DNA of 64,000 nucleotides from Candidatus Omnitrophota bacterium (GTDB lineage Bacteria; Omnitrophota; Omnitrophia; Omnitrophales; Aquincolibacteriaceae): NCBI GenBank assembly GCA_030698625.1, contig JAUYMS010000027.1, positions 103,781 to 167,780 of the forward strand, read 5' to 3'. Shown piece by piece: positions 25,201 to 37,200 of this stretch (position 1 is its first letter; each line of letters starts with the position of its first letter). The notes under the pieces were generated by a model. It saw only the letters and a program-made list of their open reading frames with translations, ran no database searches and was not told where the DNA came from. The position numbers and the translations under genes were made by a program.

Positions 25201-28200
25201 ACCTCGTTTCATTAACTCCAGCGCATCAATCCACTCAACGGCCGTCGGCGGGCGTTTAATTCCTGACTCATCCACCCACTTTGCTTTATTCAAAAAAGAC
25301 TGCAGGTATGTGAAAACAACAACGCGGTACGTGTCGATGTTCACTTCTTCGGCATAAGCCTCCGTCACGTTCCGGTAGTCGCTGTAAAACCTCATCATCG
25401 CCTCGGCGTCAAAACCCGCCGGCCCGGTAAACGGCCTAAGCAGCGGGTCCGTGCTATCGCTCCGGCTGATGTCGGAAAACGAATCCGTCTCTGACATAAA
25501 CTCGTTTGGAAGTTGTGTGCGGAGTTTTACGTCGTTGAGGAGATTAAAGTAGGGCATATCATACTCGCGCATTCTATCGACACGCGGAACGCTCAGGGAG
25601 TGATCGAGCAGCGCCCGCCGCCACGACTGCGGCAATTTGTCGTAGCCCGGGATACTTGAGATGCGCTGATAGGTTCGAAAACCATCCATATCGTAATCGT
25701 AGTTATACTCCGTATGATTATCCAAGATGTCGAGTTCGCTTGAGTCCTGAAACTCTGCGGGACTGAAGGCATTATCTAAGACATCAAAAACTGACTCTCT
25801 GTTTGTATTAAAAATGTGCGGGTCGTTAGTGTTGGCTTGTTTTCTCTCGAGGTAGTACTCATGGACTTCTGCAACTTTCGCATCAATCAGGTTTGCCGCA
25901 AAACGGCCGGGCACATTGAAAGCATTCCAAGCAACAATCGCGGCAATGATCAGGGCGCCGACACCTGTCAGCAGCCCAAAGAATAGCCGCTTTCGCCAAT
26001 TGCGCTTCCTGATTCTCTGCTCAGCCGCCCGGTCACCATTCCGCAGACCGTACTGGTCAAGCGTCTTGTTCAGCTCACCTTCAGCATTTTCACTGTTGAC
26101 GTTAACAAAGAAGGGAAAATTATAAGCCTCGTCACTCGCGTCGCCCAAAAAGATCCTGTCAGGCGAACTGAACTTCGTCTTATCCAACACAATGGGTTCT
26201 TCGAGCTCACCGGTAAAGACACCCTCGGCCATCTTTAAGCGGTTCCCGGTGATCCCCTGAACGTCGATGTTTAGGCCGGAAAAAAGGTCCGAGACTTCCG
26301 GGGTTGCCAGGAACTTTTCAAAAAGCCCTTCAATGCCGCGCACGACAAATCGGAGCTTGATTTTCTTATTCGGCCCGAAATGATCGCGGACTTGCTTGAG
26401 CGCCTTGACATAGTTCGGGTTGAGTTTCCATTCGGCGACGAGTGTATCGTAATGCTCCTCGCGCAGATGCCCGGCAAAGACGCTGTAATAATTGCGCATG
26501 TGCTCTTCGTTGAAGTCACCGCTTATACGCGCTAGCACGTATTGCTTGCGGGCGGCCTCAAACTCCGCGAGAAACCGGTCTGCCGCGGCATCGCTTTCTT
26601 TCTCGCGTATGCCGTCGGCCACGATATGCTGCAGCTTTCTGGCCTGCTCATCGTAAGAAAGGGTCAGGGTCTCTTCGATATCGCTGTCAATCTCGACAAC
26701 CGCTTCGGTCGCACGCGCGTCCGATGGCTCGGCGCGCAACTCGGAACGCGCAGGCCGCAACTGAACGCCCGCTTCCAAACGGCTCGTCACCTGCTCCTGC
26801 CCTTTCTGAGCCGTCCGCCAATCGGTCTTAGCTTTCGCAAAGTGCTCGCCCATGGCAATAATCTCGGGGCCGTACTTTCGGATCGCAAGAGGGTCGGTAG
26901 CAAAACTTGCGATAATGCGGGTCATTTTTGCCGCAGACGGCCGCGGTTCGCTGCGCCACATGTGATGCATGCGGATCCCGAATCGGAGAATCGTCTCGCG
27001 CTTGGTTCGCTTGAGCTCGACGCCGTTACGCGTGACGGCTTTACCTTCGCCGTCGACCACCGTCTGCAGAGTCTTGTCCGCAAAAAGATTCGTCAGGTTT
27101 GTGAGCCGTTTGCCGGGCTCTTTCCAACCATCGATTAAGAGGTTGGTTGTCGTTCCGATGACGGCGCCGACCTGAATCGCACCGGTCCTTTCGTCATCAA
27201 AATTGAAGCCCTTGGCCCACATCGGGTGCTCGGTCATCGCTCCGAACAGCTGCCGTACGTGTTCCTGTATATTGGGGCGCAAAAACTGTTCTTCATCCTG
27301 CGGCACCGAAGAGAGGGCGAGAATGAGCTTCCAGTATTTCATGGGAATCTCAAGCCGCCGCCGTGCGCCGTTGGATCCGTTAATCACACCCGAGTCCTGC
27401 CGGCTATTGCGATTCAGCTTTCGTCCCCAAAATGTTGCGAGGGGTCCTTCGATTGCCTCTCGATCCTGGTACAACTGTCTTAACGCAGCGATGTCGTAAC
27501 CGTTTTCGGCCATTTCGCGCACCGCAGTGTAATGGCGCCCGATATCGAGACCGAATGCCGTTCGAACCGCAAGTGTCCGGGTATGGTTGTGAAGCACGTC
27601 GAAGGGGTCGTTGCCGCGTTTGTCGAAAGCGCGTTGGGCGTTTGCGCGCAGACGGATCGCATCGCCGGGTAGAGTATCCGCATAATTGATTTTGAGCAGT
27701 TCTCCCGGCGGCAGGCGCGGGATGTCACTTAGGGTCCGGCTTCCGGAATAAGTCAGGAGCATAGAATACCTCCCGGCAAGCACGTCCGCGAGAATGCGTC
27801 TCATTCTCGGGTCATCGCTGCCGCGGTAATAGGCATCAATGAAACCCGTTTTGCGTAATTTCGCGATCGTATCAACGGTGTTTACGAAGAGCCCTCGCTC
27901 GATCGCGCTCTGCGGTGAGGTGGAACCCTTCGGCCACAGCGAGCGCTCCGCAAGAATTTGAAAAAATATTGCCTTGGACACGTCCTCGGCATCCAGGATC
28001 GGCAGGCGATAGGTATTCCGGCTGTCGCCTGGCATACGCCGAGCGAGATTTGGGTATTCAGTTGCAAAAAGCCGCCGCAGCTTCAGTTCCTGGGCGGCAT
28101 AAACCTCGTTCCACAGGACGTAAGTGGAAGTCATGAAGTACACATTCATGAACTCCTCATTGATGATCCGTTCGAACTGTTCGGCTTCACGGATGTTGAA

Positions 28201-31200
28201 ATGCTTGTTATTGAGCGAGGCCCGCAGTTTCGGGTAGAAGTTTTTCGGCAGGTACCAATGCAAGGGTCCGCGCGGAAATAATTCCGGATGCCCTATGCGC
28301 TCGAGGTACCGGTGATTGTATTCCATGATGCCGGTCATCATGACAAAGGACCAGTAGCTCTTGAACTTGACTTTATCGACACCCTTCCACTGGCTGTCGA
28401 GCAACACCCATTCGTCGTCGCTTAGCACGTTGTGGAACGGAAGACCTCGCCAAAGGTCCGGCAGATCTTCGTCTTTGGTAATCTCGCCGCGTTTCACCAT
28501 GGACGCTAGGGAGATTTGCGCTTCTTTTTGTGCAGACTTTATGGAGTCGACGAACAATTTCCATTTCCATGCAGATTTTCCATCCCGGTAATCGGTACCG
28601 ATGATCTGCATCCAAGGCACAAGGGCTTTGGTCACCCAATCCTCGGCGGTCAGGGTCTCTCCCTTCTTGAGGGAAAACCCCTCGCCGTTCTCGCCAAAAA
28701 TGGCACGGGCATACACTTCGAGGTGTTTGGCATCAGCGGCTGCGGCCTCATGACTGAGCTGGTACTTGGGATCTTTGGACTGGCTTAACTTTAAAATCTG
28801 AACCATCACTGCGTACTCATCTTCAGTCAAGTCAATGCCGTTGCGGCGAGCAAAATCCATGACGGTTTTTTCACCGGCTGTCGGGCCTTGCTTTACAGGA
28901 GCGACGACTGTCGGCTTCGCCGGCGCCACGTCCCTCGCTTTGGGTCTCTTCGCCTCGACCTCCTTCGCTATCGGTTTTACGATCTGCTCTACGACTACCG
29001 GCGGCGGCAGCGGTTTGCCGGGCTCCGGATCCGGGCCGATTCTGCCGGTGAGAGCCGCAAAGAAGAGGAAAGCGCCGGCGAAAGCGGCGATCCCTAAAGT
29101 CCGTGCGGATCTGAAGATGTTGCGCAATTCGGAGCGAGCAGGTGTCTGCAAACGCACCCCGGTTTCCAGCCGGCTCGTCACCTGCTCTTGGTCCTGCTGT
29201 GCGGTCTGCCAGTCGGTCTTCGCCTTCACTAGATGTTCGCCCATCGCAATAATCTCGGGCCCGTATTTGCGAATCGCCAGCGCATCCGTCTCAAAACTTG
29301 CAACGATTCGGTCCATTTCCGCGCCGGTAGGCCGCGGCTCTCCGCGCCACATGTGATGCATGCGGATGCCAAACCGGAGAATCGTCTCCCGCTTGGTTCG
29401 CTCAAGGGCCACTCCGTCGCGTATGACCGGATCCCCCATGCCGTCAACAACCGGCTGCAGGGCTTCATCGGCGAAAATTGCGGTGAGACGCTCAAGACGC
29501 GCGGCGGGGTCCTTCCACCCTTCTATTAAGAGATTGGTCGTCGTTCCGATAACGGCGCCGACTTGAATGGCACCGGTCCTTTCGTCGTCAAAATTAAAGC
29601 CCTTATCCCACATGGGGTGTTCGGTCATCGCCCCGAAAAGCCGGCGGACATGTTCTTGAATGTTCGGGCGAAGGTTCGCCTCGTTACCTTCGGGAATCGA
29701 AGACAGGGTAAGAATGAGCTGCCAGTACTCCATGGGAATATTTAGCCGCCGGCGTGCGCCGTTGGAACCGTTGATGACACCCGAATCCTGACGTCCGTTA
29801 CGGTTCAGCTGACGGCCCCAAAACATTTCGAGAGGGTCTTCGATGGCCGCCCGTTCGCCGTACAGTTGGCGCAGGGCGTCAATGTCATAGCCGTTTTCGG
29901 CCATCTCGCGGACACCCGTATAATGACGCCCGATGTCGAGACTGAATGCCGTTCTTACCGAAAGTGTGCGAATCCAGGTGCGGAGTATTTGAAACCGGTC
30001 ATCGATCGGTTCCTCGGCCGCCTGTTCGGCCCTTACGCGTAAACGGATCGCGTCGGCCGGAAGGGTGTTTGCGAAGTCGATACCCAGAATAGTCTCGGGC
30101 CTCACCGCCGGAAGAGCACGAATAAGTTTGTAACCAGGATAGGTATTGATCTCTGAGTAGTTCCCGGCAAGCGTATCTCTTAGGATCTGTCTGAGCACCG
30201 GATCATCGCTTGGCCGGTAGTAGTCATCGATGAATCCCGCTGCCCGCAGCCGGCTGATCGTCTCTACCGTTCTGCGGAAAATTCCGCTGTCGATGACATC
30301 CTTCGAAGACGCCGCCCCTTCCGGCCAAAGCGAGCGCTCGGCAAAAATCTGATAAAAGATCGCCTTCGACACATCCTCCGCCTGCAGGACCTGACTACGG
30401 GAATAGTTTTCAGGATCGCCCGGCATCCTGCTGCCCAGATTGGGGTACTCATTCCGCAGAAGGTACCGCAAGCTGACTTCCTCGGTCTGGTACAGGTCTT
30501 TTAAAATCTCAACGTGGGTGGTCATGAAATACACGTTCATGAACTGCTCATTGAGCATCCGCTCGAAAGGATCTGCCTCCATCACATCAAAATGCTGATT
30601 GTTAAGAGATGGGGTCATCTTGTGATAAAAGTTTTCCGGGAGGTACCAGTGCAAGGGTCCGCGCTCAAACAGCCAGCCCTCGCCCAAGCTCTCGAGATAG
30701 CGGTGATTGTATTCCATGGTTCCGGTCATCATGACAAACGCCCAATAACTCTTGAATTTGACCTTGTCGATACCCTCCCATTGGCTGTCGAGAAGTGCCC
30801 ACTCGTCGTCGGTGAGCACGTTGTGAAAGGGAAGACCGCGCCATAAATCCGGGATGTCTTCATCTCGGGTGATCTCGCCGCGCTCGACCATGGCGGTGAG
30901 GTTTTCACGCGCGGCAGCCCGGGCACTCTGTATGGATTCCACAAAGAGTTTCCACTTCGGGGAAGATTCATTGTAGTCGGCGCCGATAATCATCATCCAC
31001 GGAACAAGGCCCTTTGCGACCCAGTCTTCGGCCGTAAGGGTTTCGCCGGGGTTCAGGGAAAACCCTTCTCCCTCTTCACCAAAGATTGTCTCGGCCGCCG
31101 CAATCAAATGCCGCGTTCCCGCCGCTGCCGTTTCGTGCTGTACCTGGTAATTGGGGTTTCTCGATTGGCTTTCTTTGAGGACCTGAACCATGGTGTCATA

Positions 31201-34200
31201 GGCTTCCAGGCTGAAGTCGATACCATGCCTGCGCGCGATCTCAGCCACGGCCCGCTGACCTTCGGTCGGCCCTTCAGCAACGGGTACCGCTGCTTCGACT
31301 GCCGGTGCTTCAACCGCCGGCGACAGCGCGGGCGCTGGTGCAACCGCGGCAACGGGAGGTTCTGGTTTCTCGGGTTCCTCAACAACGACAGCGGGCGGTA
31401 TCGGTGCGGCCGCTTCAGGTATCCTCTCATCGCCGGTCCTGCTTGCAAAGATACCAAATGTGACGGCAGCGGCTACGGTAATGCCCAATGCGGCGCGCGC
31501 GAACTTGCTCCTTAATCCGGCGCGTAACTCGGAGCGTGCGATATAGGGCTCCAATTGAGGGCCCGCACGCCGAAGCACTCGTTGAAGCACTTGCTTGACG
31601 GCAATGCGTCTTTGGTAAAGGGCCCCCCTGAGGTTGCTAACGCCTAAAAGGGATTCAACGTCAGCGCCTGTTTCCTGAAGGCTTACGTTCTTCAGATCAC
31701 TGAACAGATGCGACGCGGCGCGCACGCGCTTAAAGAAAACCCTCGCCTCGTAAAGAATTTGCGCTTCGCTTTTGGCTTTCGAAAGAAAGCCGCTATCTTC
31801 GAGCGCATTCAAAAGATCACTAAAATTTCCTTCACTCCAATCCCACTGTTCCATGCCGTTAAGAATGCGGCCGAGATAAGCCAAAAGACTGATGTCTTGA
31901 GCTCCATAGGTCCCCAGTTTGGGATCAAACTCATCTGTGGGTAATAGGCCCTGGTCACGGATAGTCCGCATATAGTCGACGAGATATTGTTCGACGTCGA
32001 TCCGGGAACCCTGGTCTACGATGACCTCAATCTGCGCACGCTGTCTATCCGTAAGTATTTCTCTGCCGATTCGATCAAATACTTCATCAGCGCCTAGACT
32101 TTCCGCTTCCATCCGGTCGAGTCGCCGGTTAATTCTCGTGACTTGCCGCAAAGGAAGACCAAAGGTCATTTGCCGCTGAAGCAGTTTTGACCTTACTTCT
32201 GCCACAGCAGACTGATATTCTTCATAGACTCGTGCATTCCCTGCGATAAACCGCGCATCTAATAAGCTGCGAATTCCGATGCCTTCGACTGTCTCCAGAC
32301 TACTGATCATTTCGGAAACCGTCGGCGCATAAGGCTTATTGACTGCGCGCGGACGGGCCGGGAAGTCGACGACACCGACGACGACGCCGATGGCATCGGC
32401 CATGGCCGTCAGCGCCCGGGATCCCTGCACAGTTTTATTCTTGGCCAGAACCAGCAGATCGATATCCGCCGTGCCGTAGGCCGGGTCCTTGCGCGCCATA
32501 CTGCCCAGAAGGGCAACGCTGATTTCCTCTTCGAGCCCGAATGCAGCCACCATGTCGACAACAAATCGTTCCAGTAATTCTGCGTATTTCCGTTCAAAAA
32601 AGTCCAGGTTCTGCAGCGATTCTACCGCCTTGCTTTTCAAGGCGCTCAACTCGCGCTGCAATGCTTCCTGCCTCTCCCGCACACTCGCGTCCGTTCTGAG
32701 TTCGGAGCGGTCGGCGCTCTCGTCGTCGGCGAGCATCGCTGCTTTTCTTTCGTGCCGGTAAAAACTGCGGCGGTAAGTACTGCGAATGGCTTCTACCTGA
32801 ACTTTTGTCGGGCCAATAAACGGCAGAAGAAGCGGTTGATAATCATAAAGCGGCAGGCCCGGGTAGCCCCAAAGTCGTAACCCCACACGCCAAAGCGCGC
32901 GGCCCACAAAAAACAACCACTCCCCGAAGACCTGATACCAGCGCCGCTTTGCCGTTAGCGATGGCTTCAGATACGAATGGTCTCCGTAAACCAAGAGATC
33001 CCACTCACCCGTTTTGGGATCATAGCTAAAGGCCGAGATGCCGACATTCGGCATATGACCCATGAGCTCCATCGTGGCCTTACGTTTCTCAAAGGGAATG
33101 CTCAAAAGCATCATGGTAATGGTAAGAATGGTGAGGCCGTGGCTGCTTATAAGGATGTTCTTCCCTTTGCCTTTTTGGATCTCTTCAAAGAGTTCCCGCA
33201 AATAATTAACCGTGTATCCGCCTGAAAATCCTTCGGTCTCAAATTCTTCTAGATTCACGTTCATGTGCTGGATTAAATCGGCATAAAGATCATAAATCAA
33301 TTCCCGGGCCACGCCGCCCACAGGATGCGTCCCCATTTCATTGAGCCGCTTCTTCACTTGCTGAAAGAGCTCTTGGTCCTTCGCGACAGGCTCAGCGGTT
33401 TTGAAAGAGCGCTCTAGGCGGCCGGAGATGACGCGGTCAAACTTGATGTGCTTTCGCGAGCGGAAAAAATTCCGGAACCCCCGCCCCTGAATCAACCCGC
33501 GCCATGTCGGCGGAGAAAAAGTGAGGTCCGACTGCGTGTAATCGAAGAGGTTCGACGTCGCTTCGACATGCCTGCCGACAACAATGAGGACGCGGTCCGG
33601 ATTTTCTGCCCGCCACGCTTCATACGGTTCTTTATCGAGAAGCGCCGCCGCAGTCGGGTATTTTGTCGGGGTCAGCCGCTCAATCTCCTCTTTGGAAAGA
33701 TCCGTCTCGCGCAACTCTGAGCGGCCGCGGGGACGGAAGCGCTTGCGCTCATGGAAGCGATCGCGTATTCCCGTAAGGCGTCGTGAACGCGACAGCGGCA
33801 GCATGTCGGCAACGTCGTCGGCGATTCCGAATTTCAGAAAGACGATGTTGACGATAACGGTTCCCGCAAAGAGGGCGATCGCGAGAATGAACCTGCGGCT
33901 CGCCGACTCAAAGGGCGCTTTAATCTCCGCGTCGACTTCCGCGTAATAACCCTCGGCTTTTTTGCGGGCCGTCTGCATCAGCGTCTCGACATCATCGCGT
34001 TGTGTCTCGTATTTATCGCCGTCGTCAAAGAGGTTAAGGCCAAGCCAGGAATCCGTTTTCACCCAGTCGTCGGTGGGAAGGGTGTCGCGTATCCTGCGAG
34101 ATTCGTTGTAAATGTCTTCGGCCTGCCAGACGTTGAACGGGGCCTCTCCGGGAACGGCCTCCGCCGTGCGTGTTCCTAGGTCCTTCGCTTTGGCGGCCGC

Positions 34201-37200
34201 TTCATCCAAATCTGCTCGCGCGCGCCCGGTGTAGACGTAGTAATAATTGTGGCTGGAATTGCCGTCGCTATCCTCCGATGTCGACTCCCAAACCTCGAGG
34301 TTGCCGGCCGCATCTTCAAGATGCTCATAGAGACTGTCGCCTGACTGCAGGAATCGAATCCCGCCCCACTCGTTTGCCGCTTGACCCGCAGGAGTGGCTT
34401 TCACGGCAGCGCCGGCACCATAAAGCTGATACCCCTTGTGCAGGAAGTTGACCCCTGCCGCGACTGTAACCGCCAAAGTTCCGAACACGATAAGATTCGC
34501 GACCGTCTCGCGCACGCCCGTCCGCAGCTCGGAACGGCCTATCGGTTTGTCCAGCAATGCAACGTAAAGCGTATTCGGTTCCGGGTAAAACGTGCGCTGT
34601 TGCGTCCCCACCACGGTGATCTCATAACCCATAACCTTGGGATCGATAAATGGCGGGAACCAAGTGGTCCCGCGAACGACTTTAACACCTTGGGAGGCAA
34701 GATGATCGAAGACGGCTTTGCGCATTTTGATCCCCAGTTCCTGTCCGCGGTAAGCGGGGTGAACCAGCACATCAAGGACCATCGCTTCTTTACCGGGACC
34801 CTGAAAAGGGATAACTTCAAGAGTGGAAAGGACGGGTTGCTCAAAGCTCTCGAATCCGATCATGAAGTCGTATGTCTTACTCCATGACTCGTGAACCGGG
34901 AGCGTCATGATGTATCCGATCACGGGGTTTTCGGGATCGTTCGTGTCTCTTGCGACATAACCAAATCCGTCAGCAAAAATGTCCTCTTCCAACAGCCCGA
35001 GATTAACCTCTTTCATCAACTCAACGGCCTCCCTCTCCTCGGGAGTCGCTTCGCCGGCCGGCAAGAGCGCCCTTCGAACTGCGCCATCCTTCGGATCCGG
35101 TGTCTTATTGCGATTTTTTTTCATTTCGACATCAAAGAAAAGAGGATCCAGGGCGCCCGATCGCAACAGCTCAGAAAAGATCTGAGTATCGACCGCCTCA
35201 ACGGCAATGCCTTCCGGCACATCAAAGGCGCGCAGCTCAGACCGGGATGCGCCAAGTTCGTCCGCTTCACGCAACCATCCGCGCAGTTCCGGTGCCCAAT
35301 TCACGGAAATCTTTGCCGGCGCTACAAAGTCCGCCAACCCCTCGGCTCTAACCGCCTCCCGCGGTTCGGACCTCGCGGAGTTAAAGATGATGATGGTATC
35401 CGGATGCGCATCTTTGATCGGCTTGACAAGATCTTTTCCTTCGAGCTCTCCTTCGTCGTTCTCTCCCAAATCATTGTCCAGAAGAACCAGATCGAATGTT
35501 TCTCCTGCCCGCACGAGATCAAGGGCTTCTTCTCCCCACTTTACGATCGTGATGTCCTCGCTCCTGAGATCCCAGAATTTGCGAATGATGTCCGCGTAGT
35601 AATCGTAGTAATTAACAAGGTCTTCTCCGTTCTCCACAATCAAAACTTTTCGCGGTTGCCACTTCGGCGTATACCCACGCAACTCAGACCGGTTCACATT
35701 CTGATACTGATCTTTGTCATAGACGGTGAGAATACCTTCTGCCATACCGTACACAAACGCGGCCTTTTGATCTTTTTTGCCGGCAGCGTCTTGATCGCTC
35801 AGCGAAGGTTTGTCGGGGTAGTTTGACCAATCGGGATGACTATGCGCCTGCAAGGCGAGGCTGTCTTCCGGAAGGGGTAGATCATATTGCGGATCGGCGA
35901 TGCCGAGCCGCAGTTCTACGGCGTTCTTAAATACCCCGTACTTCTCCCCCACTTCCGCGGAGGCCTGCCTGGTGTCGGGATCTTCAACGCCGCCGCTGAC
36001 TTCACGGGCAGGGTCCAAAGCATAAGAAGCTTCCGGAATAAAGTCGATGATCCCAATGCGATCCCCCTCAGTGCGGCCGACAAATTTGCCGCGTCTTTCA
36101 AAAATGAGACTGCCCCGAAACCACTGGTCCGCTTTATTCAGGGCATCCACTCGCATGACATACTTTTGCCCGCTAAAATCCCACTCAATCACTTCCTCCG
36201 TTGTTGCTGACCACCCGTGATAGAAGTCGTAGGCGTCCTTCATGGTAGCGGATACTCGCACCCACCTATTGCCCCGCAACCATTCTCCGCTCGCATCTTG
36301 ATAGGGGGTATTGAAGGCAGTCTCGGCAAGAATCAGCTCTCTTCGCGTGAGGATCTCTTCCAAAAGGGCATTGATAAATTCAAGGTCCCCAAGCGCTCCA
36401 CCCTTTTCCTCGATCGTCTTCCGGACAAACGTATTAACATTAGCATTCACGGGCATCGGCTTGAGAGAACTTGCCTCCAGCTCCGATATCAGATTGGATA
36501 GGACAACGTATAGCGCCGAGTCCCCTGCGGGAGTCTTAAAAAACGCCTCGGCTTCGATCGCTTGAATGATCGCATTGATTGTCTCTTCCGTTGAGCCGCG
36601 CAGCTCCGAGCGCTGCGGCTCGTCGAGAGTCTCGATGAGGCTATCGCCTACCAGCACACTCCCGCTCCAGCGGTTAACGAGCGGGACGGCGGTGCCGTGC
36701 ACGGTGGTCGGCTGCTTTACGAGGTTCATAATATTTTCAGGGCTCAGACGATTTCCATCACGCAGCACTCTAAGGCCTTCCATGAAATTCCTGACATGGC
36801 CGCTCCATTCCTCGTTAGCGCTCGCGTACTCCGCCGGATTGGTCATTTGTTCCGCAGCGCCGTCGATGAAACGGGTATATTGCGCCGCTTCTTCGATGCG
36901 GCCCTCGGCGGCAAGTTTACGGATGAGGGCGTCACGCCAGGCCTTGAGTTGATTATGTCTCCGCCCCGAAAGCTTGTCGGTGACAGCCCGGTTGAAAGAC
37001 TCATAGAGATTAATCTTGCCGTCCTTGATCTTGAAATGGTCGCTCCACGAGACCTTGCCCTGCATATAGTCGAGGTAAGCACTCTTGTCGGGCATCTCAC
37101 CCATATGCGGATCGACGACGACATAGGACACGTCCTGCTCACGCAAGAGTTGGGTCAGCCTTTCCGTATGAAACCCTCCCGTGATCATGGCCGCCTTATC

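Noticed and set aside
26745-31535. Possibility that the two 2.4-kb units are a CRISPR-like or mobile repeat, or an assembly duplication
   Set aside because: The copies are in-frame and protein-coding, and are only about two-thirds identical with many substitutions spread throughout. That is not CRISPR-like and unlikely to be an assembler artefact, although long-read confirmation is still advisable.
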